Of a stretch of DNA of 37,943 bases, positions 10,608-21,275 are shown piece after piece (positions within the stretch are counted from its first letter, which is position 1; each line of letters begins with the position of its first letter). The stretch lies in assembly GCF_001194135.2 (NCBI RefSeq), contig NC_068983.1, positions 43,923,117 to 43,961,059 of the forward strand. Reading direction: 5' to 3'. The DNA is from Octopus bimaculoides (Eukaryota). The notes beneath the pieces are model-generated. The model was not told the DNA's origin. It saw nothing but the letters and a program-made list of their open reading frames with translations, and ran no database searches. The position numbers and the translations under genes are program-made.

Positions 10608-11545
10608 NNNNNNNNNNNNNNNNNNNNNNNNNNNNNNNNNNNNNNNNNNNNNNNNNNNNNNNNNNNNNNNNNNNNNNNNNNNNNNNNNNNNNNNNNNNNN
10701 NNNNNNNNNNNNNNNNNNNNNNNNNNNNNNNNNNNNNNNNNNNNNNNNNNNNNNNNNNNNNNNNNNNNNNNNNNNNNNNNNNNNNNNNNNNNNNNNNNNN
10801 NNNNNNNNNNNNNNNNNNNNNNNNNNNNNNNNNNNNNNNNNNNNNNNNNNNNNNNNNNNNNNNNNNNNNNNNNNNNNNNNNNNNNNNNNNNNNNNNNNNN
10901 NNNNNNNNNNNNNNNNNNNNNNNNNNNNNNNNNNNNNNNNNNNNNNNNNNNNNNNNNNNNNNNNNNNNNNNNNNNNNNNNNNNNNNNNNNNNNNNNNNNN
11001 NNNNNNNNNNNNNNNNNNNNNNNNNNNNNNNNNNNNNNNNNNNNNNNNNNNNNNNNNNNNNNNNNNNNNNNNNNNNNNNNNNNNNNNNNNNNNNNNNNNN
11101 NNNNNNNNNNNNNNNNNNNNNNNNNNNNNNNNNNNNNNNNNNNNNNNNNNNNNNNNNNNNNNNNNNNNNNNNNNNNNNNNNNNNNNNNNNNNNNNNNNNN
11201 NNNNNNNNNNNNNNNNNNNNNNNNNNNNNNNNNNNNNNNNNNNNNNNNNNNNNNNNNNNNNNNNNNNNNNNNNNNNNNNNNNNNNNNNNNNNNNNNNNNN
11301 NNNNNNNNNNNNNNNNNNNNNNNNNNNNNNNNNNNNNNNNNNNNNNNNNNNNNNNNNNNNNNNNNNNNNNNNNNNNNNNNNNNNNNNNNNNNNNNNNNNN
11401 NNNNNNNNNNNNNNNNNNNNNNNNNNNNNNNNNNNNNNNNNNNNNNNNNNNNNNNNNNNNNNNNNNNNNNNNNNNNNNNNNNNNNNNNNNNNNNNNNNNN
11501 NNNNNNNNNNNNNNNNNNNNNNNNNNNNNNNNNNNNNNNNNNNNN
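10608..11545. other. Largest assembly gap (others: 4279-4624, 19163-19490, 35131-35767, 36354-36738; 10-N gaps at 3608, 9156, 22679, 24256, 28204)
   Basis: Runs of N. Confidence 1.
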
Positions 11546-11776
11546 ATAAACCTATTTGTTAAATACTGTTAAATAAATAAATGCAAAAATATATGTTATT
11601 TTAAGCAAATATTTATGTATAAATTTCATAAGCGTTTATAAGGGAGTCCCTAATGTAAAGCCTGAAATATAAAGGGGTCCGCAAGTCAAAAAGTTTGAAA
11701 ACCCCTGGTCTATGGCCTGTCGAGGCCTGTTAAAGCTTGAGATTTAGCATGAAGAAGTAAAAACAACATCCATACT

Positions 11777-11909
11777 ATCATCATCATCGTTTAACGTCCG
11801 CTTTCCATGCTAGCATGGGTTGGACGATTTGACTGAGGACTGGCGAACCAGATGGCTGCACCAGGCTCCAATCTGATCTGGCAGAGTTTCTACAGCTGGA
11901 TGCCCTTCC
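11777..11909 (-). mobile_element. RTE-LINE 3' end
   Basis: catcatcatcgtttaacgtccgctttccatgctagcatggg... little diverged from the family consensus seen in the window. Confidence 0.85.
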
Positions 11910-12061
11910 AAGGAAAAAAACGAAAATGCTAAAAAATAACGCAGGCATCAGTTTTAATTTCATGACACATCACCTGCTGCATCTTTTGATGCGAAACCTT
12001 GTTGTCCCTTGACATCTCTGGTTGAAACTTGTAATTTCAAGTCAAGCCAAAGCATAATCCT

Positions 12062-12495
12062 TTCTGCTGTAGGCACAAGGCCCGAAATTTTGGGGGAGGG
12101 GGACTAGTCGGTTACAACAACCCCAGTGTTTCACTGGTACTTAATTTATCAACCCCGAAAGGATGAAAGGCAAAAGTTACCTCGGCAGAATTTGAACTCA
12201 GAACGTAAAGATGGATGAAATGTCACTAAGCATATTGCCTGGCATAGTTCGTCACCTTAATAATAATAACAATAATAATTAATGATTTCAAATTTTGGCA
12301 CAGTGCCAGAAAATTTAGTGGAGAGGGTAAGTCGATTATATCGACCCCAGTGCTCAACTGGTACTTATTTTATTGACCCCGAAAGAGTGAACGGCAAAGT
12401 CAACCTCAGCAGAATTTGAACTCAGAACTGAAGACTGACGAAATGCAGACAAGCGTTTTAGCCAGTGTCCAAACAATTCTAGCAGTTAGCTGCTT
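12062..12495 (-). mobile_element. Two tandem tRNA-derived SINEs, family C
   Basis: Two copies of aactggtactt..tttat.gaccccgaaag.atgaaaggcaaagtc.acctc.gc.gaatttgaactcagaac (reverse complement of 22787-23017). Confidence 0.8.
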
Positions 12496-12522
12496 TAATA
12501 ATAATAATAATGATAATAATAA

Positions 12523-13142
12523 GATGGCACAGGAAGAATATAAGAAATGGAGGAATGACCAGGTTGTAAAAGTTTTACACTGGAAACTGTGCCAGAAATG
12601 GAGATTTGAAGCTGGAAACACATGGTACAATCACCGAGTCGAAAGAGTACTGGAGTCGGAGAAATGTAAGATTTTGTGGGACTTTCCTATTCAAACGGAC
12701 AAGAAGTTAGAAAATAAGAGACCGGACATAACAGTTATAGATAAGGAAAAGCAAAGTTACTTACTTATTGACCCATCATGCCTGTTTGATTCCAGGATTG
12801 TAAAGAATGACGAAGAAAAACAAAAAAAAAAAGAAAATACAATTCCTTAAAATTCGAAATAGGAGGAATTTGGAACATGGGAACTGTCAAGGTCGTACCT
12901 ATAATAATTGGTGCCTTGGGAACAGTAAGCAAAGATATAGACAAATGGCTGGAGGAGATTGGGCTAGAATGCCCTGTAGAGCTCCTACAGAAAGTTTGTC
13001 TCTTTGAGACAGTAAGGGTTATCAGGAGGTTTCGAAACACTTGAAAGACTGCTGAAAACTTATGGATACCTAAGGTTATAGGTAGTAACCCACTACCCAC
13101 AGAAATCCTACCAGGAATAAGGCCGAACCTGAGCCAAACCAA
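12523..13142 (+). mobile_element. 5'-truncated R4/Dong-like non-LTR retrotransposon (restriction-like endonuclease domain) with candidate 23-bp TSD
   Basis: KILWDFPIQTDKKLENKRPDITVIDKEKQSYLLIDPSCLFD (PD-D/E motif), frameshift in an A-run, then KYNSLKFEIGGIWNMGTVKVVPIIIGALGTVSK...LLQKVCLFETVRVIRRFRNT*. Flanks AATAATAATAATGATAATAATAA at 12500-12522 and 13143-13165. Confidence 0.85.
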
Positions 13143-13169
13143 AATAATAATAATGATAATAATAATAAA

Positions 13170-13330
13170 TTGTGGAACAAAAAATTGACAACTGTCCCTG
13201 TGGTAATTGGTGCATTTAGCACAAAACCCAAAGTTCTACCTAAAAGTCTGAAGGATATACAAAACGGAGACACTTTGTTGACCCGCAGAAAAGTGCTACC
13301 AAGTATTCTGTAAGAATCCAGAGATGCAGA
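13170..13330 (+). mobile_element. Older R4/Dong-like 3' fragment
   Basis: LWNKKLTTVPVVIGAFSTKPKVLPKSLKDIQ, homologous to the WN..VPIIIGALG motif. Confidence 0.6.
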
Positions 13331-13873
13331 TCAACAATGTGATTATTAAGGTTATTGCCATTATTGTAATCTTAATTATTACAATGAATATACACAAGAA
13401 TTATTCTATTCATATTTTTACACTAATTACTCAAATAAAGAATTCTATTTATAGAATAAACAAAAATTCTTGGAAACCTAACTCCCATGACTTCAAGCTC
13501 TTTCACTTTCTCTTGAGAAAGGCATGAATGCATTAAAATCTCATTTCACCTCCAACTACATGTGGAAGTTTTGCTGCTTTTGTAAGAAATTGGTATGTAC
13601 AAAAATCATAAATTCTTACATTCTGTCATAAATTTTGTAGAAGCATTCGTTAAAAGAAAGTATTTGCAAAATTGTTTTAACTGGCGCTTGTGAGAAAAGT
13701 CTTTTGATTTTTTTTTTTAAATAATACAGAATAAATTCCAGTTGGATAGGAACAATTTTTCTTTGTCTTTGAGATGTCATTTACATAAAATTTTGTTATA
13801 GCATATATTTGGTGATGTATGATCAATCTGTATGGTGTGTATATTAAATATAAAAGACAAACAAAGGAGTAAT

Positions 13874-15882
13874 TTATAAGATTCTTTCCATATAAATGGC
13901 AAAATATAATGTGCCTTTCTTATCTGAATATCCAGTAATTAGTCTTGGGAAAAAACTGTCCTTCAAGTACCCGTCGGCAATGATATCTTCAAGCTGCGAC
14001 ATCTCAACATTACTTTTGAATGTGCCTTGTCTGGAAAGGTCTTTCCTGAAAATGACTGAAAATCTTGGTCTTTTATACTTGCTGGAAGTGTCCAAGTATG
14101 TCATAACACGGTGTGCCTTAGCATTTGAGACAACACTCTCAGTCAGTTCCTTCAGGGAAATATCTATGTATTCTTTGTAGTCTTTCACAGGTTTCTTTTC
14201 CAAAATGAAACACACTTGTGGTTCTTGATCAATGTGGACAAAACTCTGGACTCTTGGAACAAAACCCTTCTCATTATAAACTTGAGCAAACAATTTGTAA
14301 CATTGAGAATATTGTCGAATTCCAAATCGAATATCAACAGGTTCCTCTTTCACCGTATCAAATAGTGCCACATATCTGTTTTTGTCTGTGTGTGAGAAAC
14401 TGATATAACTCTGTAATAAAGACAGATATACATTTTTCTTGGAATAAATATGTTTGAAGTGGAGTAAACTCTTCTCATCAAGCCCATGCTCCAGATAGTA
14501 AGAACTAAGGCTTTCATCTGGGTTTACTTTAGAGATAACAGAAAAATAAGATTCTCTATTATACTCAAAAGCATTTATCCATTCAATTTTGAAGTATTGG
14601 TCTTTAATAGCATTGACATATGCTGAAATATGGTGTTCAGACAACTTGTATTTAATAATTTGTTCGTTAACTCCTACGTGCCCTACCCGAACATCGGCCA
14701 AATCATAAGAGAAGTAATTAGCACCATTTTGTGACCAATCTGTGAAATAATTCATGAAGTTTCGAATTGGTAATGGTTTATTGTGACCACCAACTAATAG
14801 CATAACAAATGTCTCTGAAGACATATATGAGGAATTACCTGGATTCTGAACTGTTTGTAAGAAGTTCCGGTGGCACAACAGCATACCATCAATTATGCCA
14901 TCTCCTTCCAGACAAACTTGACCATTTTTGTTCACATTTAGGTTAGCACCAACCCATAAGCCTGTAGCTTTCATTTTTCTTGGTTTTGCCAAGAGATTTT
15001 TGATGGAAGATTTTTTAAGTAACTGATGTGTACCAGTATGATCCAAGCATCGAAAAAAGCGCATAATATCATAAACATTGGTATACCAGCCATCAGTGAG
15101 AGAGACCACCTCCCTCTCTAGGTGTAGAGAATAAGTTGTATTAAAGTTTCCGACCAAGCTACGTTTAACCATATTCTTTATCCTGTTTTCTTTCATATGT
15201 TTTCCAAATCTTGTATGCCACATTCCACAAGGTTCCAAAATATTTTTCCTTACAAATGTTGGATAATCATAATTTTGAACTTTCTCAATAATTTGGTCCA
15301 GAATTACATAACCAAGATGAGAATGAACTGATTTTGTCCCTGGTTTAAAATTCAGTGGAATCGACATCATATATCTGAAAATATCCTTCAGTTCAGCAGT
15401 GTTCTTTAACTGCATGATGGAAGTGATGTTTGGAATGCGATAACCATTCTTTAAGTAAATAGAATTCAGAACTGGATCAAACATTGGTGGCATAGCTGAA
15501 TCCCAGCCACCAGCATGCCGAAGAAGGTCATCGACTGTAATGTCATACAGCCTGTTGTCAGTTCGAAAAATGCTCCAAGGTCGTAAGTGATTCAAAATTC
15601 CAAACTTACCAAAGACTTTAGCGGTAAGGTTCACTTTACCATTTTCAACAAGTTTAAGAACAGATACAGCAGTGAGCAATTTAGAAATATTTGAAGCTGG
15701 AAACAAGACTTCTGGTGTCATTTTAACATTATTCTGTGTACTGCCATAGCCATGGGTGTATAAAAGTTTTCCTTGGCGCATCAAAGCAACAGATGCACCT
15801 CGATATTGGAATTGCTTTAAAAATTTCTGGAAAGATTTGTCAAAACCTGCATTGTTCTCAAGACTTGGTCTTCCTTTGATTC
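13874..15882 (-). CDS. Terminal coding exon of a beta-lactamase/transpeptidase-fold (S12/PF00144-like) protein with five C-terminal BTRD1/polyglycine-hydrolase-like repeats; probably catalytically degenerate; 5' exon(s) not located
   Basis: 636-aa ORF in the track. It extends in frame 98 nt upstream (IKGRPSLENNAGFDKSFQKFLKQFQYRGASVAL) to a polypyrimidine+AG acceptor (ttttctccttag|GA ATC). Fold landmarks: GASVALMRQGKLLYTHGYG, LFPASNISKLLTAVSVLKLVENGKV, ITVDDLLRHAGGWD, PLNFKPGTKSVHSHLGY, ILEPCGM, GWYTNVYDIMRF. C-terminal repeats such as EHGLDEKSL...LQSY...RYVALF. Confidence 0.9.
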
Positions 15883-15900
15883 CTAAGGAGAAAATGAAAC
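15883..15900 (-). other. 3' splice acceptor (phase-1 intron) of the lactamase-like gene
   Basis: Minus strand reads gtttcattttctccttag|GA; AG at 15884-15883; AT-rich intron-like sequence upstream. Confidence 0.8.
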
Positions 15901-17134
15901 AAAAATATATTGATTAGAATAACAATATTTTGATTAAATTTTATAAATTAAAACCTAAAGAATTGTTATAAATTCAGAACATGCTAGTTGGAAATATAGT
16001 GACTATACATTTAAAAGTTTGTTGGTTTAACTACACAATGGAATTGTTGAAAACAGTACATGTACATCCAAAAAATGAATAACATTAAACGCACACATAT
16101 ACATAAGAAATTAAATAAATGACAAGGGAAGAAGGAATTATGTCATGAACTTCGTTGGCTTACAGCTGTTTCTGCTACAAAATGCAATGCACTCATAGTT
16201 GAGTACTTGTGTATCACCCTATAGCTTCAATGGAGCTTTAGACACTTTGTTCTGAAGCATATGTATATTGAGTTCTAACACCAGGTTATTGGTAATCACC
16301 ATGCCTAAGCAAAATAATATATAATATATAGAAAACGAAGAGTTCAAACAAAACAAAATCAATTTATTTGCATAATAGTCAATTTCATAACACCTACACA
16401 CGTTTGAATATCTATATTCATATTTTACAATTAAAAATTGTGTTATGAATTTAGAAGTCTGTAGCGAACACTACATCTATTAGGATGTAAATGAATATGT
16501 CAATTTTTGCCCTGAAGAGATTTTTACCTTCTAAATTCATAATGCAATTTTTAATTGTAAAATATGAATGAAGGTGGATATTGAAACACATGCAGGCATT
16601 ATGAAATTGACTATTATGTAAATAAATTGATTTTGCTGGGTTTAAACTCTCCATTTTCTTTAAATTATATTACCAAAATTCTGTTGTTATATCGTATGGA
16701 TGCAAACATTTATAAATTAATCGATATAGAAATAAACCAGTGGACACTTGGATGTAAGACATCCTTAGAAAGATTGATTTCTTTCTATACAAAACTTTAT
16801 AAATATATTTACACACACATACCAATGTTCAATATCATCTTCATCATTTTAAGGTCTATTTTTCCATGCTTGTAAGGGTTAAACAGATTTTACTGTAGTA
16901 GATTTTCTGTGGTCAGATGCATGCCATCCTGTTGCCAATTCTTACCTGTTTCCAAGTAGGGTAATATTTTCCCATGCCTCAACACATATTAAGCAAATAT
17001 TGGAAATGAAAGACACTACTTGTATGACACTGACACTCATTTACAACTATTATGCAATGTCAAGACAGGAGTGGACAAACAAAACACACACACACACACA
17101 CACACGTATGTGTGTCTCTTTCTATTTTTTAATT

Positions 17135-17560
17135 ATTATAAATCTTCCACTGAGAAGGGAGCTGGTTTCCAACAAAGATACAAGGCTCCATCTTTGAGAT
17201 GTAGTTAACACAGACAAATTCACATTTGGAACTTGAGAAAAGTCTTGCATATTTTTACTGTTCCACTCACAGATTGGACTTGTACAAACCAGCTGGTCGA
17301 TTTCTCTTTCTGAAAATCCCAGTTCATCCAGAGTCTCCTTTAAGCATTTGCTAACAAAACCTACTACTCCAATTATTATTGATATGAATATGAATTCATA
17401 GTCTGGATATAGAAGCTGGAGGTTTTGAAGCAGTTGTCCATAGCTATCCTCTTTTTCTTTGATTTTCAAAGAGATATTTATATCTGCAGGGCAGCTGACC
17501 TCTATGATGGTACATACCTTTGCCCCTCTGTCCCAAACAACAATATCTGGCCTGTTATGA
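17135..17560 (-). mobile_element. RLE-type LINE 3' fragment (second subfamily)
   Basis: HNRPDIVVWDRGAKVCTIIEVSCPADINISLKIKEKEDSYGQLLQNLQLLYPDYEFIFISIIIGVVGFVSKCLKETL; PD...E...K endonuclease motif. Confidence 0.8.
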
Positions 17561-17582
17561 AGTTTTGATATATGTATGTATG

Positions 17583-17722
17583 CAGACGATGGGTTTCTTT
17601 CAACTTCTGTCTACTGAATCCACTCACAAGGCTTTGGTAGGACTAGAGCTATGTTAGTCCAAGTTGCCAGGCAATGGGATTGAACCCAAAACCATGAAGC
17701 TGGAAAGCAAACTTCTTAAACT
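17583..17722 (-). mobile_element. SINE family A, degenerate head
   Basis: Reverse complement of head/centre (cactcacaaggctttggt, gggattgaacccaaaaccatg). Confidence 0.65.
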
Positions 17723-18162
17723 AAACAGCTGCTCCTGCGCATCTATCTATCTATCTGTGTGTGTGTGTGTGTGTATGTACCCAATACTTTCCACATCTAA
17801 AAGACAACATAACATACTAGTTGAAAATGGCAATTATACACCTAAAAACTCTCTGCTTCTAAATACATAACACCCAAGCTTAAAATGGTACTTAGACATC
17901 TAAAGATGTATTTGTGTTAAGGATTAGTTCTGTACAAAAGAACACAGATAAATGGCTTCCTACTGTTTCTACAGATGTAATGTTGACATATAAAAGTGGT
18001 GAACCAAGATATTTCACTTTTAAATGTTTTACAGAGAAGCAAGAAAGTATATTTGCCTAGGTTCAATCAGTGTAAAACTTGTTCCTTAAATAAAGCATGA
18101 GCTAAAGTCTCCGAATGATATAAGTAAACACAAACACATACACACTAGCAACATATATAAAT

Positions 18163-18357
18163 CCACAACTGCTTCAAAACCTCCAGCTTCTATATCCAGA
18201 CTATGAATTCATATGTATACCAATAATAATTGGAGCACTAGGTTTTGTTAGTAAATGCTTAAAGGAGACTCTGGATAAACTGGGATTTTCAGAAAGAGAA
18301 ATCAACCAGCTGGTTTGTACATTACAAGTCCAATCTGTGAGTGGAACAATAAAAATA
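18163..18357 (+). mobile_element. RLE-type LINE fragment, inverted relative to 17245-17440
   Basis: caactgcttcaaaacctccagcttctatatccagactatgaattc...gtccaatctgtgagtggaaca; QLLQNLQLLYPDYEFICIPIIIGALGFVSKCLKETLDKLGFSEREINQLVCTLQVQSVSGT. Confidence 0.8.
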
Positions 18358-18462
18358 TATATTACACACAAACAGGTGCAGGCAAAGCTGTGTGGTAAGA
18401 GGTTTGCTTCCTAACCACATTGTCTCAGGTTCAAACTCATCTCACTATGTGGCATCTCATAC

Positions 18463-18790
18463 TATCATCATCATCGTCGTTGTTTAACGTCTGCTTTCCA
18501 TTTTCCATGCTGGCATAGGTTGGACAGTTTGACTGAGGACTGGCAAGCCAGTAGGCTGCACCAGGCTCCAATCTGATCTGGCAAGGTTTCTAGAGCTGGA
18601 TACCCTTCCTAATGCCAACCACTCTGAGAGTGTAGTGGGTGCTTTTTACATGCCACCGGAACAGGAGCCAGTCAGGCAGCACTGGCACTGGCCACACTCA
18701 AATGGTGCTCTGTATGTGCCAGTCATGTGGTACGGGCATTGACCATGCTCGAATGGTGCTTTTTACATGCCAGTCAGGCAGCACTGGCAT
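18463..18790 (-). mobile_element. RTE-LINE 3' UTR copy
   Basis: (CAT)n tail, core, tandem units. Confidence 0.85.
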
Positions 18791-18811
18791 CAGTGTATGT
18801 ATGTACATAGG

Positions 18812-19162
18812 CACTGGAGTGGCTATGTGGTAAGAAGCTTGCTTCCCAACCACATGGTTTGGGGTTCAGTCCCACTGCGTGTCTTCTACTATAGCCTTAG
18901 GCTGATCAAAGCCTTGTGAGTGGATTTGGTAGATGGAAACTGAAAGAAGCCTGTCGTATATATGTGTGTGTGTGTGTGTGTATGTGTGTGTGTGTGTGTG
19001 TATGTATTTCTGTGTGTGTTTACATCCCTGTATCTTTGCAGTTCGGCAAAAGAGGCCGATGGAATAAGTACTAGGCTTACAAAGAATAAGTCCTGAGGTT
19101 GATTTGCTCGACTAAAGGCAGTGCTCCAGCATGGCCACAGTCAAATGACTGGAACAAATAAA
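18812..19162 (+). mobile_element. SINE family A, near full length
   Basis: ggagtggctatgtggtaag head, centre, (TG)n, tail ...gtgctccagcatggccacagtcaaatgactggaacaaataaa. Confidence 0.85.
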
Positions 19163-19490
19163 NNNNNNNNNNNNNNNNNNNNNNNNNNNNNNNNNNNNNN
19201 NNNNNNNNNNNNNNNNNNNNNNNNNNNNNNNNNNNNNNNNNNNNNNNNNNNNNNNNNNNNNNNNNNNNNNNNNNNNNNNNNNNNNNNNNNNNNNNNNNNN
19301 NNNNNNNNNNNNNNNNNNNNNNNNNNNNNNNNNNNNNNNNNNNNNNNNNNNNNNNNNNNNNNNNNNNNNNNNNNNNNNNNNNNNNNNNNNNNNNNNNNNN
19401 NNNNNNNNNNNNNNNNNNNNNNNNNNNNNNNNNNNNNNNNNNNNNNNNNNNNNNNNNNNNNNNNNNNNNNNNNNNNNNNNNNNNNNNNNN

Positions 19491-19830
19491 GATCACGGTT
19501 TCAATTCCCAGACTGGACGTTGTGAGTGTTTATTGAGCGAAAACACCTAAAAGCTCTACGAGGCTCCGGCAGGGGATGGTGGTGAACCCTGCTGTACTCA
19601 TCCACCACAACTTTCTCTCACTCTTACTTCCTGTTTCTGTTGTGCCTGTAATTCAAACGGTCAGCCTTGTCACACTGTGTCACGCTGAATATCCCTGAGA
19701 ACTACGTTAAGGGTGCACGTGTCTGTGGAGTGCTCAGCCACTTGCACGTTAATTTCACGAGCAGGCTGTTCCGTTGATCGGATCAACTGGAACCCTCGAC
19801 GTCGTAAGTGACGGAGTGCCAGCAACAACA
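19491..19830 (+). mobile_element. tRNA-derived SINE family D (5' end in gap)
   Basis: ggtttcaattccc B-box-like; tail ...gcaggctgttccgttgatcggatcaactggaaccctcgacgtcgtaag.gacggagtgcc + (CAA)n; near-identical to 36739-37018. Confidence 0.8.
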
Positions 19831-20049
19831 TGTGTGCATGTGTGTGATTTTGTATCCCTGATTACATTCGTGGTCATTTGTACAAAGCGTAGCAGGCATT
19901 GTTGTTAATTTTGTCAACAACTTGTTGAAGCCATGTGGAGTAAGAGATCTCTTACTTGGAAAACAGAGGAGGGTTTGTGACAGGAAGGGCATTTGGCAGT
20001 GAATCAATGCTTTAAATAACATATTTATCTGACATATGCAAGCATGGGA

Positions 20050-20390
20050 AAACAAAGCCCGAAATTTTTCAGGGGGAGGGCCAGTCAATTTGATCTACTC
20101 CAGTACGCAACTGGTACTTAATTTATCGATCCCGAAAGGTGTGTGTATATATAATATAAACCCTCACGTGCACACCTGCAAACTAGCTACAGCCAAACAA
20201 AAGTTTTTCATCATGCGCACACGCACCTCAACAAATTTCTAATTTCATCACTGGTACTGGTAAATAAAGCCAGGGCACCTCTTGGCATTAGTCGACCTCG
20301 GCGGAATCTGAATTCAGAATGTAAAGACAGTCGAAATACCACTAAGCATTTCGCCCAGCATGCTAACTTTTCTGCCAGCTCACCGCCTTG
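20050..20390 (-). mobile_element. SINE family C fragments
   Basis: gcaactggtacttaatttatcgatcccgaaagg and gtcgacctcggcggaatctgaattcagaa...ccagctcaccgcctt. Confidence 0.7.
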
Positions 20391-20540
20391 AGTGAATATA
20401 CATTATGTATGTGACAGAAAGAGCATCCAGCCATAGAAAAGTAGCCTCAACAAATTCTGTCCAGCACGTGCAAGAAAAGAAAAAATAGACATTAAGTAAT
20501 GGGAATATGTGTATGCCTGTGAGTGTCTATACACATACAT

Positions 20541-20575
<35 letters not shown>

Positions 20576-21189
20576 TATTTCCACCTGTAAATATATTTGT
20601 ACACATTCATAAACACTCTCACCTATATAAACTGAACACACACAATACAGGGTTATATACACACACATATTACACCTGAACTCTATAACTTGTTTACTCA
20701 CAATTCTATCTGTCTACATGAATAAAAGCACCAGACTACACGCCTCACATCATTATGATCACCACCACCACCACCACCACCATCACAACTACACTACCTC
20801 TCTTCACCCTTATCTCTCTATCAGATAGATTAACAAGAGGGGAAAGTGACTGAAAAGAAAGGGGAGTGAAGGTCTTCTATAAAACTACTATTACTCCTCC
20901 TCCTCCTCCTCCTCTTTCTTCCCCCTCCTCCTATTGACCTCTGTTACTACACAAACACCCAGCTGTTTTAATAATGCCACTGGTTGACACTTGTCAGCAA
21001 CACCTTCTTCCTAAACCTGTGTATAATTAATTAAAGCACACAGGCTGAAAGGTTTGGTCAGGTGGCAGGTGGCTGGTTGTTCTAAAGGTGAAGAAAATGG
21101 GTTTGATTCCATTTGGCAGCATACAAAATATTGGTGTCTTTTTGTTTTTTGTTTTTTCAACATGTTTTATCATCACAGTAACCATTATT

Positions 21190-21275
21190 GATGATGACAA
21201 TAAGGACAGCGATGACAATGATACAGATAACAATGACAATGATAAGGACGATGATGATGACGACGATGATGACAG
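21190..21275. repeat. Degenerate (GAT/GAC/AAT)n trinucleotide tract
   Basis: gatgatgacaataaggacagcgatgac...; source of spurious poly-Asp/Ser ORFs. Confidence 0.8.

Noticed and set aside
10530-11549. Long ORFs through N runs (also 4196-4662, 19077-19525, 34898-35953, 36221-36968)
   Set aside because: Open only because N codons contain no stops.
13874-15784. Bacterial contamination as the source of the lactamase-like ORF
   Set aside because: Contiguous with animal retroposons on both sides, host-like AT content, and a spliceosomal acceptor in place of a bacterial start.
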